The translations under genes were made by a program, and so were the position numbers. A stretch of DNA of 48,176 bases from an uncultured Puniceicoccaceae bacterium (lineage in GTDB: Bacteria; Verrucomicrobiota; Verrucomicrobiia; Opitutales; Coraliomargaritaceae). The stretch is from assembly GCA_913045955.1 (NCBI GenBank), contig CAJWRZ010000001.1:1-48176 (forward strand), in the 5' to 3' direction. This document shows positions 1-8,200 of this stretch, in pieces. The notes beneath the pieces are model-generated. The model saw only the letters and a list, made by a program, of their open reading frames with translations, had not been told where the DNA came from and searched no databases. The first letter of the stretch is position 1; every line of letters begins with the position of its first letter.

Positions 1-2
1 CA

Positions 3-572
3 ATGGAAGCGGGCGCGGAGAAGAAGTTTTATCGCTTTAAAATGTCTGACGACTCTGATGGAGATGGAATTCTTGATAAGGATGAACAGGGCTATCCTAC
101 AAGCTTAGAATCGGGAGTTTCATTGGATTTACGAATTATTACTGGTTCTTTTTCATGGAATAGTGCAAAGTTGGACGCAGAAACAAGAGGCGGTAGGCTA
201 GCAGTACTAGATAATGCTTCTAAAATAGAATATTTTCATCAATTTTTACAGTCACAAGGTGGATGGCCAAATTTATATTTAGGAGCATCTGATTCAGAAA
301 ACGAAGGTGATTGGAAGTGGTTAAATGGAAGTAGCGTAATAGCTAATAATTGGGGTCCTGGTGAGCCTAATGATAAGAATGATGAAGATGCAGTTGCCGT
401 AAGCGGTGGAATCTTTTTGTGGAATGATGTAAAAGATGACGTATTATTTTCAGGCTTTGGGTATGTTTTGGAACTACCTATTAATATTACAGATCCTAAT
501 AACCCAGATACCGAAGGCGATGGCTTAAATGACGCGGATATTAGTGAGTCTGGTTTGAATTATATACCTTAG
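3..572 (+). CDS. C-type lectin-like domain protein with thrombospondin type-3-like Ca-binding repeats (likely 5'-partial; the ORF is open to the window edge)
   Basis: CTLD landmarks YLGASD / EGDWKWLNGS / NWGPGEPND / EDAV / WNDV. DxDxDG-type repeats DSDGDGILDKDE and DTEGDGLNDAD. No cysteine in the 189 aa. Confidence 0.6.
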   Translation: MEAGAEKKFYRFKMSDDSDGDGILDKDEQGYPTSLESGVSLDLRIITGSFSWNSAKLDAETRGGRLAVLDNASKIEYFHQFLQSQGGWPNLYLGASDSENEGDWKWLNGSSVIANNWGPGEPNDKNDEDAVAVSGGIFLWNDVKDDVLFSGFGYVLELPINITDPNNPDTEGDGLNDADISESGLNYIP

Positions 573-600
573 TTTTTATGTATATCGAATAGTCGCCTAG

Positions 601-2460
601 TTAATGAATTACATTAGGTTCTCCGGTGCAAAGTCCTCTGTGGTCGAATGTTTTCTTTATCATTTCAATAGACAACCAATTTTTGTACCCTTTAAAACCT
701 TTGCTCTTGTATTGATTACCTTCCTTAGTGAATTTGACATATCCAAGAGTTTTGTAACCTAAAACAGTATTTTTTATCGAATCTAAATCTAGAGCAATAT
801 CTTTATTATTAGTTCTATTTGAGATCGTTAGTACTTTGTTATTAATCGTATATTTCAAATCAATATTCTTCCTTAAATTATCTTTGTAGATTGCTTTTTT
901 AAATAATTCTAAGATCTCCTCTTCTAAGACTTTTTCATTAATATAAGAAGCATAGTATATAAGATAATAGTGATATTCTATGTTTAGGCTATTGGCCAAG
1001 CTGGCTTCTTTTATTATTTTATAAGCTGCATTAGGCTCGCCTTGTCTGAATTTGTAGCTAGCTAGAATACTATTAGCTTTTTTATAATTAGGATGGATTG
1101 AATCTAAGGTCTCTTTTGTTCTGTAGAAATCTTCTTTAGCGTTTAGATTATTATGCAGTAATTTTAATTTTACGTAATAGAAATAAGGCTCATGGCTATT
1201 GAGATTAATTGCCGCATTAATATTTTTTATGTTCGGAGACCTCAAATTTTCGAAAGCTCTAAATTTACTGGAAGTAGCAATTAATAATGTAGGTATTAAG
1301 ATCAGATAAAATAGGAACGTAATTCTGTTTATTGATTTGCTGCTTATAGTATTGATTGCCTTAAAGCCGTAGGACAGTGCAAATAATGGAAGTATGGAAT
1401 ACAGGACGCCATTTCTATACGAGGAATAAATTTGTATAGTGATTAGGAAGACAATTATGAATAATGCTTTTTCCCTTAATCTATTTCCTTCTTTTATATT
1501 CCTATAAAAAAAATAGAAAAAGCTTATTAAGATTACGAGTAGCCATAAAATCCCACCTTCAATCAGTGATTCTATTAATTCATTATGAACATGCTTAAGC
1601 CTAGTAATATCAATAAAGGGGAATTTCCCCTTGGTGTTTGTGTTGTCAGCAATAATTTCAGCTGACCCAAACCCATTTCCGATAATCTTATTATTGGTAG
1701 TCCAAAAATAGTCATTAAAAAATTCACAAGTAGCAACTCGACTACCGTATGATTTGCCTAGAGCTTCCTTTAGGTGATTTAAATCTGATATGTTTATAAA
1801 AAAAGGCGCTAAAGCAAGACTACTGAAGATTATAGACAAATAAATTTTCCTATAGTTTTTCTTTTTAAGAAAAAGAAATGGAATAATTATAGAATATAAG
1901 ATTAAACAACCTTTATTCGATAGTAATACTAGTATTAGACAAACAATTGAGTGGTTTATTATAAATTCGAATCGGCTACGGCTTTGTATCTTAATTCCAA
2001 GAAACAAAGTTATCAGTGCTACGATATTTGTGTTCGACAAATTTAAGTGATTTTGACCTGAAGGTGTATCTGAAAAATATCCAAATAGTAGTATTACAAA
2101 AAATGTATATAGTATCAGTTTAACGTACCCTTCTTTAATTGATAGGCCCTTAAGTAAGTAGAAAGGGGCAGTTAATAGAATTATCCAATTAAGGAGATTA
2201 TAGTTCAATAAACTGTCATTTAAGAAAAAGTAATGAAGTGATACTATTAACAGGGATCCAACAATAAGTATGTGTTGTTCAACCGAACTTTCAGGGATCT
2301 CTCTTCTTACAATATAGTCGACCAACTTAATTGATAGGAAGGCATAAAGGCTCAAAATTACTCCTATTTCTGGATTTACTGATAAGGCACCAGAAACAAG
2401 TAGAATAGGAAGCCAATAAGTTTCAAAAAGCTTATTTATGATTACAAGCAATGTTTTCAA
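601..2460 (-). CDS. O-antigen ligase/polymerase-family (Wzy_C-like) polytopic membrane protein with C-terminal TPR-like region
   Basis: Many hydrophobic segments over the first ~400 aa. Wzy_C-type signature HVHNELIESLIEGGILW. The C-terminal ~200 aa is soluble and looks like a helical repeat. The gene is visibly more AT-rich than its neighbours. Confidence 0.6.
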   Translation of the reverse strand: MKTLLVIINKLFETYWLPILLVSGALSVNPEIGVILSLYAFLSIKLVDYIVRREIPESSVEQHILIVGSLLIVSLHYFFLNDSLLNYNLLNWIILLTAPFYLLKGLSIKEGYVKLILYTFFVILLFGYFSDTPSGQNHLNLSNTNIVALITLFLGIKIQSRSRFEFIINHSIVCLILVLLSNKGCLILYSIIIPFLFLKKKNYRKIYLSIIFSSLALAPFFINISDLNHLKEALGKSYGSRVATCEFFNDYFWTTNNKIIGNGFGSAEIIADNTNTKGKFPFIDITRLKHVHNELIESLIEGGILWLLVILISFFYFFYRNIKEGNRLREKALFIIVFLITIQIYSSYRNGVLYSILPLFALSYGFKAINTISSKSINRITFLFYLILIPTLLIATSSKFRAFENLRSPNIKNINAAINLNSHEPYFYYVKLKLLHNNLNAKEDFYRTKETLDSIHPNYKKANSILASYKFRQGEPNAAYKIIKEASLANSLNIEYHYYLIYYASYINEKVLEEEILELFKKAIYKDNLRKNIDLKYTINNKVLTISNRTNNKDIALDLDSIKNTVLGYKTLGYVKFTKEGNQYKSKGFKGYKNWLSIEMIKKTFDHRGLCTGEPNVIH

Positions 2461-2468
2461 AGAGATCT

Positions 2469-3845
2469 TTAGATTTTTTTAATTCGCATTTTCTTGAAGC
2501 GATTTGAGAAATTAGTCGCCTCTTTAAAATGCAATCTGGCGGGGACTTTATAAGTTGATAGTTTTTCGCGGCAGAAGTTCTTAATCGCGCGCTTCATTGG
2601 TTTTGAGTCTATCCCTTCCTTCAATACAATTTCGGCTGCGACAATTTGCCCAGTCAGTGCATTTGTTTCTGGATAGACTAGGCAATCGGCAATCTCAGGC
2701 ATCTCAAGTAGGGTACTTTCAACTTCAGAGGGGGTGACTTTCTCGCCGCCAACATTGATTATCTCTTGTTTGCGACCGACTATTCTGAAAAATCCTTCGC
2801 CTTCTTTTTCATTGGCGGGCTCAAGTAGATCGCCTGTCTTGAACCAGCCGTCTTCTGTAAATCGAGACATTTCATGATTCAGGTAGCCTAATATTTGACT
2901 TTTTGAACGTAGCCATAGCTCGCCCTCAACAATTTTATATTCGGTATTAGGGTCATCGAATTTAATTAAGGTACTCGAAGAAGATCGGCTAATGGTTTGG
3001 CTAATACCCGTCTCACTGGTGCCAAAGGTTTGGATCAAGGCCGTGTCGGGGAAAGCTGCTTTGATTCGATTAAGTAAGCTCTCGGGCATCGGCTCAGTCC
3101 CGTATGTTATATAGCGTAAACTCGATAAATCGTACTGCTCAGCTACGCTACTGATCAGGAATAAATTTAAAAAAGTAGGGGATGCCGGTAGGAGTTTTAC
3201 TGAGTATTGCTCAATGGCTCGAGCGACATTCTCGGGCTTTCGATCTTGTGGAACGACGATGCGTGCCCCGGTTGAGAGCCCATTAAATAAGGTATTGATG
3301 CCCCCTACATGATCGAAAAGTAAGAATATTAAAATCGATAATTTTTTGGTTCTCTTCCCCTTAAAAGGCTCCAGTAAACGCTCCGCTGAATGGATCATTG
3401 CTTTGGGCTTCCCGGTGCTCCCACTACTGAAGAGTATTAGACCTGCTTGCTCTGCTTGAATTAACTCCTTTATATAGCTGTGGACTTCGTTTTGTCCTTC
3501 AAGCATTTTGACCTCAGGTTTCTTCGACTTTTCTGTGTGAATTTCCCAGCGTGCATTTGAAGCTTCGATTCGTTGTTGGCGTTCGCTTTTTGCATCAATA
3601 GCTGCCGGTGCTACCATAGCTTTTATTTCAAATAAAGCCAGTAAGCTAGCAATCGCTTCAAGTGTATAATCACCGTGTAGGAGGACGACATCACCCGCTT
3701 GAATCCCTTGAGCTTTAAAATATTTTATTTGCGTGGTGATGGATTCGGAGAGCGCATCATAGCTGTAGGTCACATCGGGCTGAGCTAAGAAGGGACGATC
3801 TTCGAAGTTCGCAATACGATCAATCAGCCAAGATGAAGAGTTCAC
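2469..3845 (-). CDS. AMP-dependent synthetase/ligase (adenylate-forming enzyme, DltA/acyl-CoA-synthetase superfamily)
   Basis: Core motifs FSSGSTGKPKAMIHS, YGTEPMP, WFKTGDL, GRKQEIINVGGEKVTPSEVE. 458 aa. Confidence 0.85.
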   Translation of the reverse strand: MNSSSWLIDRIANFEDRPFLAQPDVTYSYDALSESITTQIKYFKAQGIQAGDVVLLHGDYTLEAIASLLALFEIKAMVAPAAIDAKSERQQRIEASNARWEIHTEKSKKPEVKMLEGQNEVHSYIKELIQAEQAGLILFSSGSTGKPKAMIHSAERLLEPFKGKRTKKLSILIFLLFDHVGGINTLFNGLSTGARIVVPQDRKPENVARAIEQYSVKLLPASPTFLNLFLISSVAEQYDLSSLRYITYGTEPMPESLLNRIKAAFPDTALIQTFGTSETGISQTISRSSSSTLIKFDDPNTEYKIVEGELWLRSKSQILGYLNHEMSRFTEDGWFKTGDLLEPANEKEGEGFFRIVGRKQEIINVGGEKVTPSEVESTLLEMPEIADCLVYPETNALTGQIVAAEIVLKEGIDSKPMKRAIKNFCREKLSTYKVPARLHFKEATNFSNRFKKMRIKKI

Positions 3846-3867
3846 AGAGAAGAAGTTACAGCTTTTA

Positions 3868-4566
3868 TTAGTTAACGCCTCCGAGATAGAGAATTTGCCC
3901 GGTTATAAAATCACTTTCAGGTTTCAATAAGAAATCGACGCAATTGAGGATGTCTTCTTGGGTGCCTAATCGCTTGATGGGTTGTTGCTCAAGGAGGGCG
4001 TCAATTTTTTCTTTGGGGACGAGCTTTATTAAATCAGTTTCAACCGGAGTCGGTCCGATTGCATTGACCGTGATATCCATACTCGCGAGTTCTTTAGCCG
4101 CAGTTTTTGTCAGAGACTCTACCGCCGACTTACTGGCAGCATAGAGGGCTTCTCCCTCTAGGTTAAGGGGACTAGCGATACTAGAGAAATTTATAATACG
4201 TCCACCGCCATTTCGGCTCATTTGCTTAGCGGTTTCTCTAAGAACTAAAAAGGTGCCGAGTACGTTTGTTTTAAAAATCTTTTCATAGGACTCCACTGGA
4301 GTGAGCAAGATATGATTCATTGAGGCAACGCCCGCATTATTGATCAAAGCGCGTATTGGCCCATGCAGCTTCTTTATGGTTTTTATGGTTTCAATAACCG
4401 CTGCCTCATCAGCCACATCAATTTCAAAATGATGATAATTCTCATGCACTAGGTCAGTGCTTCTTCGGCTGCAACCTCCCACAATCCAGCCTTGAGAAAG
4501 TAGGTGCTCGGCGATTGCTCTTCCAATGCCTTTTCTTGTTCCGGTTATGAAGGCTACTTGACTCAT
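3868..4566 (-). CDS. Short-chain dehydrogenase/reductase, FabG-like (3-oxoacyl-carrier-protein reductase type)
   Basis: TGTRKGIGRAIA cofactor motif, NNAG, catalytic YAASKSAVE. 232 aa. Its start overlaps the upstream carrier-protein gene by 4 nt. Confidence 0.85.
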   Translation of the reverse strand: MSQVAFITGTRKGIGRAIAEHLLSQGWIVGGCSRRSTDLVHENYHHFEIDVADEAAVIETIKTIKKLHGPIRALINNAGVASMNHILLTPVESYEKIFKTNVLGTFLVLRETAKQMSRNGGGRIINFSSIASPLNLEGEALYAASKSAVESLTKTAAKELASMDITVNAIGPTPVETDLIKLVPKEKIDALLEQQPIKRLGTQEDILNCVDFLLKPESDFITGQILYLGGVN

Positions 4567-4892
4567 GATGGGTTCTGGGCATCAGCGGCTTCGATTAGCT
4601 CCATTATGTAATTCACACAAGAGCCCACTTTCCTGAAGGGTGAGTGTGTCCGGCTCATGGCACTTTGACTGGCTAAAGTTATATGGATATCATGCTCGTC
4701 AGAGAGCTGCTCTTCAATATCCGTGATTAGGTTGACTAAGCCCATGCTGTCTAAGGCACTTCTTGAGCCAAAAAGTCTAGTTTGCTCATCAGTAGCGGAT
4801 AATTCTTTTATTTCTAGGTCTTCGCCAAGTTCTCTAAGGATCGTTTGGACGAGTTCTAGGACAGTATTTCTCTCTAATGGCATATCATTCAC
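4563..4892 (-). CDS. Acyl/aminoacyl carrier protein (phosphopantetheine attachment site)
   Basis: LDSMGLVNLITDIEEQL matches the DS(L/M/F)G Ser-attachment helix of ACP/DltC-type carriers. It lies between the sugar transferase and the SDR. An alternative start at ATG 4883 would remove the 8-nt overlap. Confidence 0.65.
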   Translation of the reverse strand: MNDMPLERNTVLELVQTILRELGEDLEIKELSATDEQTRLFGSRSALDSMGLVNLITDIEEQLSDEHDIHITLASQSAMSRTHSPFRKVGSCVNYIMELIEAADAQNPS

Positions 4893-5460
4893 CTAAAAAT
4901 TCACTTCTAGTCGCTTGGTCTTCTTCGTTTATATTTTTTCTTTTAAGTACGACTCCTATTGTCAATAAAAGTATCTTAAGGTCGAGCATTATTGAAGCAT
5001 TCTCAACGTACCAACAATCTAAGCGAAACTGTTCTGCCCAAGAGATGTTGTTGCGACCATTCACTTGAGCCCAACCGCTGATTCCTGGAAGTACTTGGTG
5101 CCGTTTACTTTGTTCATCCGAGTAGCGGTCTTTGTAGGCTTCCGGTAAAGGGCGCGGGCCGACCAAACTCATGTTTCCAATCAGAACATTCCAGAGTTCG
5201 GGCAATTCATCTAAACTTGTCGATCTAAGCAATTTCCCCCAAGAGCTGAGTCGCTCCTCATCAGGACCCGAGCCTTCTTTCATGGTTCGAAACTTAATGA
5301 TCTTAAAGGTTTTACCATTAAGGCCCAAACGTTTTTGTGTGAAGAAAATAGGGCTCCCTAAAACTATTTTTTGTATAATACATAGAAAAATCATTGGTAA
5401 CAAGAAAAGTACCAATAATACTGAAGATAGAAGCAAATCTAAGATCCGTTTTTTTATCAC
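4885..5460 (-). CDS. Small monotopic phosphoglycosyl transferase (bacterial sugar transferase, PglC/WbaP C-terminal type)
   Basis: DELPELWNVLIGNMSLVGPRP and PGISGWAQVNGR motifs. One N-terminal hydrophobic helix. GTG start at 5460. Confidence 0.85.
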   Translation of the reverse strand: MIKKRILDLLLSSVLLVLFLLPMIFLCIIQKIVLGSPIFFTQKRLGLNGKTFKIIKFRTMKEGSGPDEERLSSWGKLLRSTSLDELPELWNVLIGNMSLVGPRPLPEAYKDRYSDEQSKRHQVLPGISGWAQVNGRNNISWAEQFRLDCWYVENASIMLDLKILLLTIGVVLKRKNINEEDQATRSEFLGE

Positions 5461-5539
5461 AAATAACTATTAAAATTATTAAAAAAATAGTCAAACTTCC
5501 CGTTGACACAAAATAACTTCGCTATTTATTCCTAAAAAT
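5461..5539. promoter_or_regulatory. Divergent promoter region with back-to-back -35-like boxes
   Basis: Plus strand: TTGACA at 5503-5508, a 16-nt spacer, TTTATT at 5525-5530, and ATG at 5540, which implies a very short or absent leader. Minus strand: TTGACT (complement of 5489-5494) with only weak -10 candidates before the GTG at 5460. Confidence 0.3.
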
Positions 5540-6706
5540 ATGATTACTGATGCCTCTAAAAGATCCTTTGAACCCTTTTCTTTAACTCGTCTCCTAAAAA
5601 CATCTTTCGGTGGCGGCAATGGAGAGCGCGTCTGCGTATTGATCGATTTGCCCAACCCTGCGGATATCAAAAACTTCGCATTTTTGAAGGATGAATCCTT
5701 ATCCATTCAAAATTACGGTTATGAAGTATTTTATAAAGGATTCCAAGCAGGCGCACTTGAAGTAATGAATTGGAAAGGTGGAGAACTTTTTGCCTACAAA
5801 GAGACTGGTGGCAGTAATTTAGATATGGAAGATATATGTTTTGATCCCGAAGGTCATGAACTGAGCCTCGACCATGATATATATTCTAAATATGACATTA
5901 TTTTGGTCGTATCCACTTTCTCAGCTACCGCTCCTTTAACTGCAAAATGTAAGGAATTTGGGTTTAGAGGTGCGACGCTTCATGGTCTTAACCAAATAAT
6001 CTTAGATACGGGATTAGCGGTTGATTATGTTTCAGTCAGTGATGATTCAGAGAAAATGCGCTTGGCGCTGACTCAAGCCGATTATTTTGAAGTAGATTTT
6101 GAAGTTGAAGGCTCCACTTACACTTTAAAGTTAACGACCAATGGACAAGAAGCGCAAAAAAGCCACGGCTTGTGCCTCCCGGGTAACCCAGATGTTGCCA
6201 ATTTACCGGCTGGCGAAGTTTATTTTGTGCCAGAAAGTGTGGATGGTGTATTTCCATTTAAATATGCCGAAGAAACTATCGGGTTATTGCACGTTAAAGA
6301 AGGTAAGATTTTTAAATCTCAATTTGTTTATGGGGATTACTCATTAATTAAGGATCACAATGAACGTTTGGAAGAAGATCCTATGATCGGAGTGATTGGA
6401 GAGCTTGGTTTTGGCACGCAAGTACTGCCATTTTCTGGTCGAGATATTCAAGATGAGAAGATCTTGGGCACCGTCCATATTGCCACAGGAAGAGACGATC
6501 ATTTAGGAGGACACATCACTCCAGATTTATTTAAAGAGCATAAAAATGCTTCACATGATGATGTTTTGTACGCTCCACATAAGACACCGGAGATTCGCTT
6601 GCCCGAAGTTAGAATGATAAAAGACGGTAAAACAGAAGTGCTCATCAGGAAATATAAGCCTTCATCCTTTGTTATCGATACCATAGAATCCAAGCAATTG
6701 GTTTAG
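5540..6706 (+). CDS. M29 (aminopeptidase T/PepS)-like metalloprotein, function uncertain
   Basis: The segments ANLPAGEVYFVPE, IGELGFGTQ, DEKILGTVHIATG and SHDDV resemble conserved M29 metal-site blocks. The N-terminal ~200 aa are not recognisable. Confidence 0.45.
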   Translation: MITDASKRSFEPFSLTRLLKTSFGGGNGERVCVLIDLPNPADIKNFAFLKDESLSIQNYGYEVFYKGFQAGALEVMNWKGGELFAYKETGGSNLDMEDICFDPEGHELSLDHDIYSKYDIILVVSTFSATAPLTAKCKEFGFRGATLHGLNQIILDTGLAVDYVSVSDDSEKMRLALTQADYFEVDFEVEGSTYTLKLTTNGQEAQKSHGLCLPGNPDVANLPAGEVYFVPESVDGVFPFKYAEETIGLLHVKEGKIFKSQFVYGDYSLIKDHNERLEEDPMIGVIGELGFGTQVLPFSGRDIQDEKILGTVHIATGRDDHLGGHITPDLFKEHKNASHDDVLYAPHKTPEIRLPEVRMIKDGKTEVLIRKYKPSSFVIDTIESKQLV

Positions 6707-6735
6707 TTCTTATACCAAACCAATAAAAATATTTT

Positions 6736-7485
6736 ATGGGAGATACTTATGAATCCGAAGCGCTCCTGAATCAGTATTTGCTCTTTCATTATGGCACCGC
6801 CAAAGATCAGTTCCCTTATGATTTTAACATTTCAGAAGCTTTCGACTTTCCCGTTCGTTGTGCTCAAGAAGGTATTAACTTAGGAGCTTTAAACGAAACT
6901 GGGCGTGCTTTAGATCTTGGCTGCTCAGTAGGGCGATCTACTTTTGAATTAGCAAAGTCTTTTGATTCAGTAACCGGTATTGATTATTCGAGCTCATTTA
7001 TTCAGGCAGCCCAAAAGCTTAAATCTAAAGGCAGTCACGCAGTCAATTATCTAGAAGAGGGTACGCAGTTTAATCAAAGTGAAGTCTTTGTGGATTCGGA
7101 TATAATCCGTGAGCGTGTTTCTTTTGAATGTGGCGATGCCCAGAACTTAAGGTCAGACTTAGGCAGTTTTGATTTTGTCCTAGCCTGTAATCTTATATGT
7201 CGACTTCCCAGTCCGATGGCGCTCCTAGATCGATTACCGACCTTGGTTCGGCCGAAGGGGCAATTATTTATTACAACACCTTTTACTTGGCTTGAGGAAT
7301 ATACCCCGAGAGAAAATTGGCTAGGTTCTGGAGGAGAAGATTCTTTTAGCGGACTTCAAAATGCCTTAGGCAAACATTTTAAACTTTTAAAGCATTGGGA
7401 CATGCCTTTTTTAATCCGAGAGCATTCAAGGAAGTTTCAATTCAGCATCGCTCAAGCCAGTCGTTGGGTTCGAGTTGAAGATTAG
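6736..7485 (+). CDS. Class I SAM-dependent methyltransferase; resembles the OvoA C-terminal / putative 4-mercaptohistidine N1-methyltransferase family
   Basis: SAM motif I is LDLGCSVGRSTFELA, and there is an acidic post-I D in GIDYS. The N-terminal YESEALLNQYLLFHYG block is as I recall it for the ovoA_Cterm family. The subfamily call is from memory only. Confidence 0.7.
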   Translation: MGDTYESEALLNQYLLFHYGTAKDQFPYDFNISEAFDFPVRCAQEGINLGALNETGRALDLGCSVGRSTFELAKSFDSVTGIDYSSSFIQAAQKLKSKGSHAVNYLEEGTQFNQSEVFVDSDIIRERVSFECGDAQNLRSDLGSFDFVLACNLICRLPSPMALLDRLPTLVRPKGQLFITTPFTWLEEYTPRENWLGSGGEDSFSGLQNALGKHFKLLKHWDMPFLIREHSRKFQFSIAQASRWVRVED

Positions 7486-7486
7486 A

Positions 7487-8182
7487 CTAGCAGTCGCTGT
7501 ATTTTAAGAACTGCTCTGAAGCTTCAATTTGAGTCTTTAATTGCTCGGCAATCTTTAATTCGAGGTCATCGGGATGAATTGAAATCCTCAAAGGTAGCTT
7601 AGATTTTCTTGCTTTAAATTCCTGGAATCGGTTCCAATAGCTTAAGAAAAAAGCTCTAAAATTGGTATCGGCTTCATAACCGGTTAGGGGCAGTGCGACG
7701 AATCTAGTTTGGGCATCTGAGTTCAGTTGGATCACGCCCAGGGTCGTTTCAATTTGTTGATAGGGTGCTTCCTTAAGTTCTTTTTTTCGAATAGGTCCTA
7801 AAGCCCAAGCAGGTGGTACGTAGAGGTCGGGTGAGGGTAAGTTATGTTCTAGAAACCAAGCTTTTGAGCGTTGGATTAATTTTAGGATTTCTGTGCTCGA
7901 TAAGTCCAAGTGCTCTGCTACATCCCTTGAGAGAATAAATGAGTGCAGCCGATGATAGATGCGCCTTGGTCGTGTCTTATGGTGCCATCCGTGCGCCGCT
8001 AATGTGTAACCTTTTTTAGATAATGAATCGAGTTGCCTAATTTGAGCTTCGGTCCAGTCCTTGCCCGGAACTACAAGAAGGGTACTCGGTGGAACCTTAA
8101 GTGCTTCTAGCCATTCAATAAGCTTAAGCACTCGATCCATTGTTTCAGGCATGACGTCATGAATAGAAATGATCGATTTCAT
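7487..8182 (-). CDS. DUF2334-type predicted polysaccharide deacetylase-fold protein
   Basis: N-terminal SIHDVMPET and HGWHH motifs are typical of DUF2334. 231 aa. It is the last gene of the gtrA-sulfotransferase-GT4 operon. Confidence 0.5.
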   Translation of the reverse strand: MKSIISIHDVMPETMDRVLKLIEWLEALKVPPSTLLVVPGKDWTEAQIRQLDSLSKKGYTLAAHGWHHKTRPRRIYHRLHSFILSRDVAEHLDLSSTEILKLIQRSKAWFLEHNLPSPDLYVPPAWALGPIRKKELKEAPYQQIETTLGVIQLNSDAQTRFVALPLTGYEADTNFRAFFLSYWNRFQEFKARKSKLPLRISIHPDDLELKIAEQLKTQIEASEQFLKYSDC

Positions 8183-8200
8183 CTTTATTTCTCCAAAGGC

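Noticed and set aside
3944-6693. Short ORFs nested in, or antisense to, larger genes. Examples are 3944-4144, 4877-5068, 5171-5473, 5318-5509, 5491-5706, 6036-6257, 6141-6347 and 6499-6693. The same pattern appears window-wide, for example at 9094-9294, 9666-9908, 12113-12388, 14624-14815, 16348-16551, 18567-18776, 24076-24336, 24806-25021, 26867-27079, 31124-31339, 32631-32882, 32910-33230, 33666-33896, 34141-34338, 34371-34589, 35735-36058, 36734-36919, 37038-37256, 37924-38115, 39583-39780, 39835-40101, 40399-40608, 44637-44840, 45282-45464 and 45752-45985.
   Set aside because: Each lies wholly inside a longer ORF whose product has clear family motifs. Their translations are low-complexity with no recognisable motifs. 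They are typical shadow ORFs.
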